From positions 2,368,001 to 2,432,000 of the forward strand of contig OZ243974.1 of assembly GCA_965214775.1 (NCBI GenBank): DNA of 64,000 nucleotides, written 5' to 3'. Both the position numbers and the translations under genes were made by a program. Below are positions 21,846 to 33,550 of the stretch, piece by piece. The notes beneath the pieces are model-generated. The model did no database searches. It worked only from the letters and a program-made list of their open reading frames with translations, and was not told where the DNA came from. Source of the DNA: Nitrosopumilus sp. GTDB lineage: Archaea > Thermoproteota > Nitrososphaeria > Nitrososphaerales > Nitrosopumilaceae. Numbering within the stretch: position 1 is the stretch's first letter; every line of letters starts with the position of its first letter.

Positions 21846-23089
21846 ACATATGCAAGATTGGATAGTGTGCGACAGGGCATTCCGTTTGTTGTAGGCAAAC
21901 CGGTTACCGGCAAGTATTTCATCGGCAGAAAGGAGGAATTGAAAAAGATCACCGTGCTACTGTATGGAAATGCGATAAACAACATTGCATTGTTGGCGCA
22001 AAGACGAACCGGCAAGTCATCAATTCTCTATAACCTAAAAGAGAGATACAGGCAAGATCCACGTCCTGTTTGATGCCTACGGCATATCCGCAAAGGAACG
22101 ATTTGCAAAATCATACATCAACTCCATCCGACATTGCTACAGAGAACACAGGCGACAAGACATACAATAAAAGAATCAAAGAATCACTTGTTGAGGGCGC
22201 AAACGTACTAACAGGCAAAATAAGCGACATCGGAATATCCGTGTCTGAATTTGTGAAATTTCAAGTAACGGTTAACAAAAAAGAAGCAGATCCTGATGAA
22301 TTGCTGGAAGACGCGCTGAACTATGCAGAGACACTTGCAAAAGAAAAGGGCGTCTCGCTGGTAATCATGATTGATGAGTTTCAGGAGCTGTTAAAATGGG
22401 GGGATGGCTTTTTGAGAACGTTCAGGAAAACCATGCAGTCTCAACAAAGGGTGTCTTTTGTCTTGTCTGGTTCGGCGCCCACTGCAATGCGCAGGCTGGT
22501 GTATGATTCAAAATCACCGCTGTACAGGCAGCTGGCAGATATACGATTGAGCAGACTGCCAAAAAGGGACGTGATCATGTTTGTCAAAAGGAGGTTTGCC
22601 GCAGCAAAGATTGGGGTTGATGACAGCGTGCCAGAATACATCTTTGAGCCAAGCCGCGGATATGCAGACTATGTACAGAGGATTGGAATGCACGTCTTTT
22701 GGATGTGCTTGGACCGTAACAAAAGCCGGGTTACAATACGCGATGTGAACGATGCATATGAGGACATGCTGGTTGGGCTAGATGCCGATTTTGGTGCAGG
22801 CTTTTCACGGCACATATATCTTGAAAAGGAGATATTGTTTGCATTGGCGGCTGGCAAGGCGTCGATATCTGCAATGGCCCTGGAAATCAGGACAGCTCAA
22901 AGCGCAATACCAAAAACCACGAACAGGCTGATAGCATCAGATGTTGTTGAGAAGCACCATGTTGGCAAATACCGCATCGTCGGTGGCGTCTTTTCAGACT
23001 GGATCTACAGACAGACCCATGTAAGGGTCACACGAAGTTTCAGGTCTTCATATGTGATGGAATGGCCTGCTGATCATGACCCGCAATAG
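21846..23089 (+). pseudogene. Archaeal ATPase (P-loop plus wHTH), broken
   Basis: 'FIGRKEEL…RRTGKSS' in one frame, 'IMIDEFQ…LSGS' in another. Confidence 0.8.
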
Positions 23090-23263
23090 GCAAGCTTGCA
23101 GGCAGATGTGCCAGAACTGCCATGCTGAGGATCTGAAGTGAACCAGTGAGACAGGCGGCATTGTTGCAGTTAAACGCCACCTGGCAATGGGATATCTTGG
23201 ATGTGCCATTCTAGTCGTACAAATGACTGTGTGTGTGCATGCAGGATGCAAACTGTATGTTTT

Positions 23264-23722
23264 TTAGAATGTTTTCATTAAAAATCTGGCGGTCTTTTCA
23301 TGCATTTCAGACACCTTGTCCATCGCATCAAAAAGTCCCTGTTGGTTTAGATGTTCCACCTTGTCTAACACTACATACACTCCGATATTTCGCTTCCCGT
23401 CCTCTGTGGAATTTTTGTTGATTGCCTGAATGGAATAACAATAGTCTGCCACTTTTTTCTCAAATCTTTCCCTCTCCTCCTTGCTGAATCCGAGATATCG
23501 TGCAGTCTGGTTGTTTTTCATCGTGACTTTGGAACCGATCACAAGAATTCCTTGCTGTGCTTTGGGCTCGAAAATCTCCACCAGAACCCCTGCCGGATCT
23601 GCATGTCTTGCCAAAATCTCAAACGTGTTTTCGGGATTTTCTCTCTCATCAAATGCCAATCCTTTATGAACCAGCCAGCGCTCTACATCGTCTCGCATCC
23701 TAGATCTCATATACCGAGGCAT
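23264..23722 (-). CDS. Conserved archaeal protein (DUF2299-like)
   Basis: 'RDDVERWLVHKGLAF…' typical of thaumarchaeal hypotheticals. Confidence 0.65.
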   Translation of the reverse strand: MPRYMRSRMRDDVERWLVHKGLAFDERENPENTFEILARHADPAGVLVEIFEPKAQQGILVIGSKVTMKNNQTARYLGFSKEERERFEKKVADYCYSIQAINKNSTEDGKRNIGVYVVLDKVEHLNQQGLFDAMDKVSEMHEKTARFLMKTF

Positions 23723-24089
23723 TCTTGCTTCTATATGATTCTAAACCATGTTTGCATATCTAAACCAGCGATATTCCCAAACTTGAACTTAAAAACAAGG
23801 CAAATGCGGCATGCAAAGCAACGGTCATGGAAAGAAGCAGGGGGGGGGGAGGAAAAGAAGACATTCACGACATGCTAGTTCGCTTATGGATGCAGCAGTA
23901 AACTGGCTAGCTTGAGAAGGCAGCCCCATAGAAGGAAGACGATAACTGTTGGACCGTGTTTGCTGCACAACCGTGCATCTAAAGGCATAAGGGCGGTCAA
24001 TCTCTTGTGCCTGAAATCAGGGTCATACAACAGACTTTGGCTGCAAATAAAAATAAGTTTTAATGCCAAAATTTTCTAACGGCTAGCAA

Positions 24090-25313
24090 ATGGTCTCAGA
24101 GTTTGATGTGATTCCGACACTTGTAGGAGTCTTGTTCTTGGTCCTGCCTGCACTGCTGCTCGGAAGACTCTGTTCTCATTTTAAAATCTCCGAAATCATC
24201 GGATTTGTATTTGCCGGAATTCTTATGGGTCCTGCCGCATTGGGCGGCATAATGGTCCCTGTCTTTGACAGGCCGACTGTGGAACTAGGCGACGTGATGT
24301 CTGCCTTGTGGCAGATCTCCGGAATCATCATCCTGTTTTCGGCGGGACTGCATTTTACGTTTCATGATCTGATCAAGGCAGGCCCAAAGAGTGCGATAAT
24401 CGGGTTCTTTGGGGTCGTGGTTCCGCTTGTTGCCGGATACGTCGTTATGTTGTCTATGGGATTTGACTGGACCGTATCAGTACTAGTTGGCGCAACGCTT
24501 GGGGCGACAAGCATTGCAGTCTGCGTGGTGGTCTTGGAAGAGCTCGGAAAGGAAAAAACCAGAGAGGGAAACGTCCTGGTAAATGCAGCCGTGATAGATG
24601 ACGTGCTTGGCCTTGCGATTCTCTCTGCAGTAATCTCAGTTGCCGCCTTGAACACGATTCCTGCAGCAGAGTCAATCATAATTACTGCCGTATCTGAAAT
24701 CGGGTTTTGGGTAATAATCTTGCTTGGCGCAGTGTACCTTTTGCCCAAGATAGTCCACATGGTTTCAAAGACACATCCTTCCACCCTGGAGGCCCGGGGG
24801 ACCAGGCAGGGCGTTGCGCTGGGCTCGGCGTTTGGCCTTGCTGCAATCGCATCCGGCCTGGGACTGAATCCGATCATCGGGGCATTTGCCGCAGGCATGG
24901 GGCTGGCAGGATCCAAGCTGGCCGTCCAGGTCCGTGAGTTTGTAGGCAGACTAAAGGTGATCGTCTCTCCGTTGTTTTTTGCAATAATCGGTGCACATGT
25001 GGATATCTCACAAATCCTTTCAATCAACTGGATTTTGTTTGTGGTGATCTTGGGCGTTGCAGTGTTCTCCAAGGTTGCCGGATGTGGAATTCCAGCATCC
25101 CTTTTACTAGGAAGCAAGAGAGGGGGGTTTTTGATAGGGTGTGGAATGGTTGCAAGAGGCGAGGTGGCCTTTATTGTTGCAGGAATCGGATTGGCCTTTC
25201 AGGTGTTCTCAGACGAGGTTTACTCTACAATTGTTCTTGTAATCCTGGCAACCATCTTCATTGCGCCAATGCTGCTAAGAAACGCGTTCAAGCGTCCGGC
25301 AGCAGGCAGTTAG
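24090..25313 (+). CDS. CPA2-family cation:proton antiporter (NapA/Kef-like)
   Basis: About 12-13 TM helices; 'ATSIAV', 'AAVIDDV', 'MVARGEV'. Confidence 0.92.
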   Translation: MVSEFDVIPTLVGVLFLVLPALLLGRLCSHFKISEIIGFVFAGILMGPAALGGIMVPVFDRPTVELGDVMSALWQISGIIILFSAGLHFTFHDLIKAGPKSAIIGFFGVVVPLVAGYVVMLSMGFDWTVSVLVGATLGATSIAVCVVVLEELGKEKTREGNVLVNAAVIDDVLGLAILSAVISVAALNTIPAAESIIITAVSEIGFWVIILLGAVYLLPKIVHMVSKTHPSTLEARGTRQGVALGSAFGLAAIASGLGLNPIIGAFAAGMGLAGSKLAVQVREFVGRLKVIVSPLFFAIIGAHVDISQILSINWILFVVILGVAVFSKVAGCGIPASLLLGSKRGGFLIGCGMVARGEVAFIVAGIGLAFQVFSDEVYSTIVLVILATIFIAPMLLRNAFKRPAAGS

Positions 25314-25706
25314 GGATTTGAAATGAGAACAGGACTTGGTCCTGCCTGCACGCCTGTTTGGATACAACATACAGCACGGAGAAATGAGATTTTTTGGCTC
25401 CGGGAAAAACAAGCCTGCTACTGCAGCTGCCGTATCTGTCATGGTGATAATGATGATAGTGGAAAGGCATGCGTGTGGGGGGTTGCAATCAGAACCACTA
25501 ATCCCGGGTCAATCAATCCGGTGGCATTCTGCTAATCCGCATATTCCTGCTTTCAAGTACCCGTATCATGCTTTCTTGCAATCTTTTGGAACTTATCGCA
25601 ATCATGTAGTTGAAAGTATCTCATGTATGGTGACACCCTTGCGTCCTCCTGATGAGGATGTTGGTTACATCTGCCTTCCTGCCGAATCGCAAACATCATT
25701 ATACCT

Positions 25707-27851
25707 ATGTCTTTTCTACTGATCATGGAAATATCGGATCTGAAACTGCCAAAAAAGGCCATAAAGTTCCTAAACTCCTCCGGATACGAGTCCCTTTATC
25801 CTCCGCAGGAAAAGAGCATCAGGGCAGGTCTGCTTGATGGCAGAAGCATCATGGTATCTGCCCCCACAGCAGGAGGCAAGACCCTGGTTGCCGAGATTGC
25901 CATACTGAACTATCTTATGGGCAACAGGCACGGCAAGGCGATCTATCTCAGTCCTCTCAGGGCGCTTGCAGCAGAAAAGTATCGCGAGTTCAAAAAGATG
26001 GGCAGAATAGACTCTAAAACAAAAATCAGCACGGTCATGTCTACTGGCGACTATAGCGCCCCAAATTCTGCCATGGCCAGGGCAAACCTGCTAGTCATGA
26101 CCAACGAAAGACTCGATTCCATAACAAGACACAAACCCGAATGGATTGATCAGATTGGGCTTGTCATAGCAGACGAGATACACCTGGTAGGAGATGACGT
26201 CAGGGGCCCGGCACTTGAGATAGTACTTACAAAGATGATGAGAATGCTTAAAACAAGGCCGCAGTTGCTGGGCCTGAGCGCCACGGTCTCAAACGCAGGC
26301 AAGATTGCAAGGTGGATGGGCGCCAAGCTGGTATCTGATGACTGGAGGCCGGTCCCGCTGATCGAGGGTACCTGTTACAAAACCTCCGTAACAATGAATG
26401 ACGGCAGCAAGTTCAAGATAAGCCGGTCTGCCCTTGGCACGGCAGCTGACCTTGGAATCGATGAGGTTTCTCAGGGGGGACAGGTCCTGTCATTTGCCAT
26501 GACAAGGGCGCGTTCGGCATCATTTGCAGAAAAGGTCGCCGATGCCATATCCAAGACGATCTCAGCAGAGGAGAAGAGGCACCTAAAGGGTATGTCTGAC
26601 TCGTTGCTGCAAAACAATGAGAAAACCTCCATGGTAAGAACGCTGGCAAGGCTGGTCGGCAAGGGCACGGCGTTTCATCATGCCGGTCTGAACCAAGACT
26701 GCCGGGAGACAGTAGAAGACGGATTCAGGAAGGGCATGATAAAGCTCATCTCGTCAACTCCGACGTTGGCTGCCGGCATCAACATTCCTGCCAGGCGTGT
26801 CATCATAACCAGTGCAAGCCGGTACGATGTTCGTGCCGGACACAACAAGCCAATCAGCATAGCAGAGTACAAGCAGCTGTGTGGCAGGGCAGGCAGACCG
26901 CAATACGACGATCACGGCGAGGCCATACTGGTGGCGGCAAGTCGTGAAAAAAGCAAGGATTTGCATGCCAGGTATGTTCGTGGCAGGCCTGAGCCGATCA
27001 AGTCAAAGATCAAGGGATCTGCAATGGGCATGCATGTTCTGGGCCTCGTGGCATCATCAGATACTGCCGCCGGAATGACCAAAGGTGACATTGCTGGATT
27101 CTTTTCCAAGACGCTTGGCGGCATCGAGTTTGGAGGGGCCAGAATCCGGCGCATCGTCGGCAATTCGCTGAAGCTTTTGGAAAAAGACGGTATGATTACA
27201 TCTAACAGAAGGAGGTTTGTGGCAACGGCGTTTGGCCAAAAGATCTCACTGCTGTACATTGATCCTGCAACGGCTGCCATGTTCCGCGACGGACTGCTGT
27301 CAACAGAGCCCGGATCCGGCGCGACGGACTTTCTTGCCATGGCGACAAGATCAGACGTGTTCTTTCCCAAGTTTTACATGAGGGACGGGGATTACGCACA
27401 TGCCTACAGAATTCTCGGGCGTTCTGTCATGAATGATGACACGGAGTGGGTATCACGCAGCCTGCTTGTACTCTACAACTGGATCTCAGAGATGCGGGAA
27501 TTGGAAATATTTGACAAATTTGCAATAGAGTCGGGGGATCTCTACAGAATGATTGAGACATCCGAGTGGCTGATCATGTGCATGGCGGTGATCTCAAGAC
27601 AACTGGGCAAAAGGGAGCTTGCAGCAGAGCTAAATACGCTGCGTAAAAGGATCAAGTACGGGGTAAAGACGGAGCTGGTCGATCTTGTCTCGCTAAAGGG
27701 CGTTGGCCGCGTAAGGGCAAGGCAGATGTACCGGCACGGAATCCGAACACGTGCAGATATACCGGGCATCCCGACTGCAAGGCTGGCCAGGATAGGCAGG
27801 ATTGGAACCAAGCTTGCCAAGAGCATAAAGTCACAAGTGCGTCAGGACTAG
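25707..27851 (+). CDS. hel308: Ski2-like helicase Hel308 (likely start ATG 25725)
   Basis: 'APTAGGKT', 'DEIH', 'LSAT', 'TLAAGINIPA', 'GRAGRP', C-terminal 'GVGRVRAR'. Confidence 0.92.
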   Translation: MSFLLIMEISDLKLPKKAIKFLNSSGYESLYPPQEKSIRAGLLDGRSIMVSAPTAGGKTLVAEIAILNYLMGNRHGKAIYLSPLRALAAEKYREFKKMGRIDSKTKISTVMSTGDYSAPNSAMARANLLVMTNERLDSITRHKPEWIDQIGLVIADEIHLVGDDVRGPALEIVLTKMMRMLKTRPQLLGLSATVSNAGKIARWMGAKLVSDDWRPVPLIEGTCYKTSVTMNDGSKFKISRSALGTAADLGIDEVSQGGQVLSFAMTRARSASFAEKVADAISKTISAEEKRHLKGMSDSLLQNNEKTSMVRTLARLVGKGTAFHHAGLNQDCRETVEDGFRKGMIKLISSTPTLAAGINIPARRVIITSASRYDVRAGHNKPISIAEYKQLCGRAGRPQYDDHGEAILVAASREKSKDLHARYVRGRPEPIKSKIKGSAMGMHVLGLVASSDTAAGMTKGDIAGFFSKTLGGIEFGGARIRRIVGNSLKLLEKDGMITSNRRRFVATAFGQKISLLYIDPATAAMFRDGLLSTEPGSGATDFLAMATRSDVFFPKFYMRDGDYAHAYRILGRSVMNDDTEWVSRSLLVLYNWISEMRELEIFDKFAIESGDLYRMIETSEWLIMCMAVISRQLGKRELAAELNTLRKRIKYGVKTELVDLVSLKGVGRVRARQMYRHGIRTRADIPGIPTARLARIGRIGTKLAKSIKSQVRQD

Positions 27852-28001
27852 TTGTGGGAACAAGCGTTTCTGAAAACACAATATCGCACGGTTGTCCCGT
27901 TCGCCTGAAATCAGATCAATTTCTGTGGTGACGATTAAAAGTTTTTGTGCACATGTGGGCATAAACTACGCAGTAAGGTGCTTTTTGATGATCAATGACT
28001 T

Positions 28002-28427
28002 TTAATCGTCACTATATGTGAATTTTAAATCAGGAACGCGAAATCTGTGTTTTTTATCATTCTCCACATGATGTACCCAAAGTTTTATCTTGTCATCTGG
28101 CGTACCATGATCCAAATTGCCGTTCAACAGGATGACAAAATTGTCGTTCTCTGGCATCAACCCGTTCCTTCTAAGCGCATCATACGCATGAGTGAACACG
28201 CTATCAACACATTCACTGGGGTACGAATAGTCAAAGGCCATAAAGTGCATGTTAAAATTGTGTTCTCTGTTGCAATTGCTGCATTTTGTCGTATATATGC
28301 TGCGTACAATCGAGGGTTGTTTTGAAGGTGACACCTCATCATTATTGCCGTCTTTGCTTTTCTGTTTGTTTGATTTTACGTTGGGATTTTCAAGTATTTC
28401 GCTGTCTGATCCGATCATGTGCATCAC
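28002..28427 (-). CDS. Hypothetical protein with a CxxC motif
   Basis: AT-rich 141-aa ORF. Confidence 0.45.
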   Translation of the reverse strand: MMHMIGSDSEILENPNVKSNKQKSKDGNNDEVSPSKQPSIVRSIYTTKCSNCNREHNFNMHFMAFDYSYPSECVDSVFTHAYDALRRNGLMPENDNFVILLNGNLDHGTPDDKIKLWVHHVENDKKHRFRVPDLKFTYSDD

Positions 28428-29287
28428 CAGTAACCGTCTGACTTGCAGTTTTTAGCGCAGGACATTACAATTGTTTGGACATGTGGCAATTATATGCTTT
28501 GTGTAATCGAGGAGGTTGTCCGGAATCCTTCCAGAAATTTACCGATAAGCGTATGGATCATGAGTGCAGGATGCGACAGCTTTGTGGATCACCGGATCGG
28601 CGTCTCTTCCCGTATCATGGGGGTTGTTTCCTAATTCACTTCATGCTGCCTCCACCGGTATCCCGAGATTTGCGGCACACTTGAGTCTGTTTAGCACCTC
28701 AAGGTTCCACCCTATTGCCTTGCACAAACCGAACCTTCGGCGGGTAGATGCCTTTCTGAACCTGCACATCAGCCTGTGGTTCTCTGCCTCCTCTGCACCA
28801 AAGATTCCCTCTATTGTTGCGCGCATCTTGTAGGATTCCGGATCAAACATCTTGGAAGCTTCCTTTCTGTGTTTCTTTTTGGTGTGGACTGCATTGGCCC
28901 TTAGTTTGATGTTTGGTTTCATTCCAGATTCCTTGAGGAGCCTTACGTTCTCATCTGAATCGTATCCCCTGTCGGCGTTGAAGATGCCGGAGAATCCTAG
29001 TCCGATCCTCTTGATCTTCTGCAACAGTGATCTTAGGACGGTGGTGTCTGCCATTTTGTCCGAGGTAATCTGGCATGCCAGGATTACCTGCAGGCCCAGT
29101 ACGGATGCCACATGCCACTTTAGGTACTGTTTGTAGGGCTTGGCCTTTCTCTTTCTTTCGGCCTTTTTTGCACCCGATTCGTGCGTAATATCGGCCTTTT
29201 TGTCCGTCTTTTTTGGCTTGAGATCCTTTCTCTTTTTGTTCTTGTCGTACCTGTCAGTAACGACGCCGGTGCTGTCGGCTGCAAGCT

Positions 29288-29368
29288 GTACAACTTCAGG
29301 TCCTATTTAAACCGCCTAGGAATCTAGGAAGTATTTGCTTGCCAGTATAAATGGGACCTGAAGTTGTA
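29288..29368. mobile_element. IS66-type MITE, family GTACAACTTCAGG
   Basis: TIR like the IS66 at 49997-52101; 8-bp TSD TGCAAGCT at 29280-29287 and 30116-30123 encloses MITE plus IS110; related copy at 40606-40687. Confidence 0.88.
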
Positions 29369-30114
29369 TCTATGTGTCGTGCTTATAAGGATTCCACGCG
29401 CAACGGTGTTGTGAAGTATGGCTTTGGCTGGGGGTCTCTTCCTGACAATCACAAAATGAAGGTCGGACACTTATCTATACGAGGATCTCCCTCAGTACCA
29501 TTCTTCATCCATTTGTCAGAACCGTTCTGCAGTTATCTATGTGTCGTGCTTATAAGGATTCCACGCGCAACGGTGTTGTGAAGTATGGCTTTGGCTGGGG
29601 GTCTCTTCCTGACAATCACAAAATGAAGGTCGGACACTTATCTATACGAGGATCTCCCTCAGTACCATTCTTCATCCATTTGTCAGAACCGTTCTGCAGT
29701 TACTAAACGAGGATCTCCCTCAACAACATCAACGCAGATTAAAGTTCTAACTGTAATGACAATAATAATGATGATGATGACGTTCGTTTCACACGCATGT
29801 CCCCTATGCACTGATTGAAGGCCATCTATTTCTTTAGCATACGAGGACTCCATGACGCACCTAGTGTTATCCGGAATCTTTGCAAACATCTCTCTTATCT
29901 CGCTGTTCCTGTTCCTTATTTTTGTATTCCTCAGGACCTTGTCGTCCTTGTCCATCACTGCAACCTGGATGGACTTCTTGTGCACGTCCAGACCGACATA
30001 CTGCTGCACCGCCTTTGATTTCACATATATCCTCTTTTTTGCGCTAATCTGTTTGTCTGCATTGCGATTTATCTTGGTACCATCTGAATTTTGTTTTTGA
30101 GACACATATGGTTA
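29367..30114 (-). mobile_element. Internally deleted IS110 derivative with a 167-bp right-end tandem duplication
   Basis: Ends TA-ACCATATGTGTC…GACACATAGA-TA; recombinase deleted after 'MESS'. Confidence 0.9.
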
Positions 30115-31142
30115 CTGCAAGCTTGAGTGCAGACATGTCAAATCCTGCAAGGCATCTGCGTGCAGTCTCTGATATCATCCCCTCAAGCCACTTGCCAGGA
30201 ATCTTTGGCAGGAACTTGCACAGGGTGACGTGGTCTGGCACCGGTTCGTCGTTCCAGCGAGGCAGTTTTAGAAAGTGCGCAAGACACTGCGTGTCACGGT
30301 ACGTCAGATCTAGGCAGACCATCAAAATGCACAGGCAGGCCAGCTTGTCACGGCTGTGGACTGTCGGCCGTCCCGGTCCGGAACTGACCTTCTTTACGGG
30401 ACATGGGTTCTCCACTATCAAAGAAACTATATTGGATAGGAGAAACACCATTTCTTGGGTGTGGGCAGCATGGTAATACTTCCAGTACCCATCGCGTCTC
30501 TTATGTTCCGTCATTAGAGAACCACGCCCGTTCTGATCAATATAGTGTAGACTCTAGAAAATTAGACTAAATTGCCGAATTAGGAAACAACCCCCGTATC
30601 ATGAGATCAAGGATCAAAAAAAAGGGGAATCAAAAGGTAACAGATCGATCTCTGCAAGTTCAGGCATGAATTCTGTCACTAATGAATGTCGATCAAATGG
30701 AATCTATGCCGAAAATCAGAAACGACTTCCAGAACCCGATCAGTTACGCCAAAAGACCGACGAGGAAAAAAAGTCAAAAAAGAAGTGCGCAAGACCTCTG
30801 GAATGTTTGCCAGGTGCGGGGGAAAAAGGGGCCTTGTTGTTGAGACCGCCTTTTTGTTGATAAAGGCCGGGCTTGACTCCACGATGTACGCATCGCCGCC
30901 ATGTCGCTTCTGTTGCAGTCACTCGGGCTGATCCTCAAGGCATTCTGCTACTATTACTACTATTACTACAAGACCTAGTCAACTGGGATTCAGTGCCGAT
31001 ACGGCGGAATCATCCGGCTGGCTGATGCCATGCAGTATGACATCAAAACACGGGTCATGGCCGTACAATGCGGGCCTGAGTGCGGATCCGTCTATATGTT
31101 TGCAGTCATTGCGCCGTGATTTTGCACAAATCACCCCGGAAA

Positions 31143-33332
31143 TCACACCCTAAAATCACGATTCCGGACAACGCCCTCTGTATTGCTATTGTTATTACCT
31201 TCCATGCAGTTTGTGTCGTTTTCGGTTCTGACAAAGTTTTCAAAATTTGATATGTGAAAATCCGACTTGTCATCCTTGGCTAATTTTTGATCAGAGAATC
31301 CAATACAGATCCTTGCTGCACCAACTGAATTACGAGGTTCTTCTGGAAGATACAGACGCTCATAAGCAAGAAGCCACTCTAGGGAATCAACCACCATGTC
31401 ATCAAGATACCCTAACGAGTCATACCCCAATTCGGCAATGCCATCTGCAAATCCTTTGATCGTGTTAGGGGTAGATTGCAGTCTCATGGGAAATCTCCAA
31501 CTCAGGTATGCCTCTACATTTTCCGGGGTTGCTTGCCAATCTCTGTAAGGAAAGCGGGGAATCTGGACGGGTGCCACAAAAACTTTTTTCTCCATGGTGA
31601 TTTTTTTGACAGCTTTCTCCCTTACTAATGCGTCAATTCTGTTTCTGATCATTTGTTCAGAAATGTCTCCCCCGATAAGCAAGGACACAATCTCCTTAAG
31701 ACGCTGTCTGCCGCCGCGAATCGTTCGTAAAATCAAACGTTCAACAACATGTCTCCCAAGTTTTTCAAGAATCGGCGCAACTATTCCGGTCTGTTCTGCA
31801 AGAACAGACATCTGCTCAAAAATCGGAATTGCTATTTCCCGTATCGGATTCATTTTTTCTTGATGGATAATTTCCCGCCATACTTCATCCCAATCAAACT
31901 TGTCATGCTCAAATCTTCCGGATTGATTTAAGGGGACTTGTGACAAGAGCGCCATGTCTTGAATATCTCCCTCTCTACTGGCTACGGCTTTTAGCAAAAA
32001 TACGTATTCGTTTCTCAATACCCCTACACGTAATTTGCCGAATTTAAGATAGTCTGCGGTTTGAATCATTACGTCAGATAATGACAAATCCTTCAACACC
32101 CTTTTTGTGAACAGATCAATTCTGCTTCCATTGGGATGGACAAGTATCTCGTCAGGATATAGACGCAAGTCTTCTTGCGAATATTCGGTTTCGATTATTT
32201 TTTCATACGCTAATTTTTCAGTAAGCACTTTACAAAGAATTTCAAAGTCCGATGGTTTTTCAACTATCAGGTCGCAATCCTTGGTGACTGCCTTTAGCTT
32301 TTTTAATCTCATATTTTCCCCGCCCATAAGAAATATCTGTAAGGGCTCGGCAAGACTGCTTCCTATGTCTTCAAATAGTGACGGTGCAGGTGTCGGTATG
32401 ACATACTGTTCGGGCTTTATCTCGTATAGTTCTGCCTTTGATACAAATTCATTCCATGGGAGAAATAGGCTTTCATTTTTTAATTTTTGTCTTCTAATAT
32501 ATCCTTCAACATCCAACCATGTGGATGATATCCCAAAAGACGATGCAGTTTCCCTTAGCCGCTTGACATCAACCCTGTTTTTATTATGGATATAAAATAC
32601 TGCAGACATGATTAAGCCCATTTTGTCATTGGCCTTGAACGATGCCAATACCGAATGAATGATTATGTCGTGAATGTCCAGGGGCTCATCTTGTTTGACA
32701 TAGTAATCATATGGGGATTCATACATTATTCCATTGTTCGTAAAAACAGAAAAAGCAGTCAGCTCTCCTTCGGTTATTTTTCCTTTTGTAACTTTTCTGA
32801 CAATTTTTTCCTTATCTGCATAGAGTACTTCCGCATCAGACTCGTAGAATCTTTCTCTTTCAGTTCTTAAGATTCTTGCAAAATCGACTAGTTCGGTTTT
32901 AGATGCGTCTATGTGCATTCTTTCAGGTGTTTTACCTGTGTGATTTTCATTCCTGCGGATTTCTTTTCGTATTATTCCAATTGCTTCAAGATCGGAGATT
33001 GCACGATAAACTGTAGATGTTGACAATCCCGTATTGGTTACAATCTCATTAATGGTCAGCGGGTCAATTAGATACGAAAATACAAGTTCATTGGAATCCC
33101 GCAAAAGATTTACCAAATTCCATTTCTGGGATATTTTTTTGAGCAGTATTGTTTTTGCACTTTCCTGTAATGCTATCGTCTTGCCTTCTTTTTTGATATA
33201 CCCGTCTTGAAGCAGTTTTTTTACTACCTCGTTGAATTGACATGTTTTTACTTTACTAATCTTCTTTAATGCTGCAATATCATGTGTGTTGTTGATGATT
33301 GCCTTGACTAAAGATATTGATGTACTATTCAT
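31143..33332 (-). CDS. Multi-domain wHTH plus nucleotidyltransferase (DUF6036-like) fusion
   Basis: HTH 'LTINEIVTNTGLSTSTVYRAISDL'; NTase 'GG…TKDCD', 'LKAVASREGDIQD'; further wHTH and a C-terminal domain. Confidence 0.75.
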   Translation of the reverse strand: MNSTSISLVKAIINNTHDIAALKKISKVKTCQFNEVVKKLLQDGYIKKEGKTIALQESAKTILLKKISQKWNLVNLLRDSNELVFSYLIDPLTINEIVTNTGLSTSTVYRAISDLEAIGIIRKEIRRNENHTGKTPERMHIDASKTELVDFARILRTERERFYESDAEVLYADKEKIVRKVTKGKITEGELTAFSVFTNNGIMYESPYDYYVKQDEPLDIHDIIIHSVLASFKANDKMGLIMSAVFYIHNKNRVDVKRLRETASSFGISSTWLDVEGYIRRQKLKNESLFLPWNEFVSKAELYEIKPEQYVIPTPAPSLFEDIGSSLAEPLQIFLMGGENMRLKKLKAVTKDCDLIVEKPSDFEILCKVLTEKLAYEKIIETEYSQEDLRLYPDEILVHPNGSRIDLFTKRVLKDLSLSDVMIQTADYLKFGKLRVGVLRNEYVFLLKAVASREGDIQDMALLSQVPLNQSGRFEHDKFDWDEVWREIIHQEKMNPIREIAIPIFEQMSVLAEQTGIVAPILEKLGRHVVERLILRTIRGGRQRLKEIVSLLIGGDISEQMIRNRIDALVREKAVKKITMEKKVFVAPVQIPRFPYRDWQATPENVEAYLSWRFPMRLQSTPNTIKGFADGIAELGYDSLGYLDDMVVDSLEWLLAYERLYLPEEPRNSVGAARICIGFSDQKLAKDDKSDFHISNFENFVRTENDTNCMEGNNNSNTEGVVRNRDFRV

Positions 33333-33550
33333 TTAATATCATTAAAACATAATTATATATAACGATTTATGATTTAATGATACTGATATAATAATACAAA
33401 ATAAACAGATGTGTTTGCTTTATCCACTTGAAAGCATTGGGCTGCCCTTCCTCACTTCCTCCTTTCCTACCACCATGTCTCCATATATGGCTGTTCTATC
33501 CCTCATCTCACGTCCAAACATTAGTCTGATGCGACCCACCGTAACCATAT

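Larger units (their letters stand above)
28620..30594 (-). mobile_element. IS5/IS4-like DDE element interrupted by a MITE plus IS110
   Basis: 18-bp TIR, 9-bp TSD CGTATCATG; transposase 30514→30116 continues 'ADSTG…ADRGYDS…RATIEG' at 29279→28641. Confidence 0.9.

Noticed and set aside
24362-25117. Long antisense ORFs (also 46245-47036, 47231-47842, 51302-51916)
   Set aside because: Mirror ORFs of genes on the other strand, with no motifs
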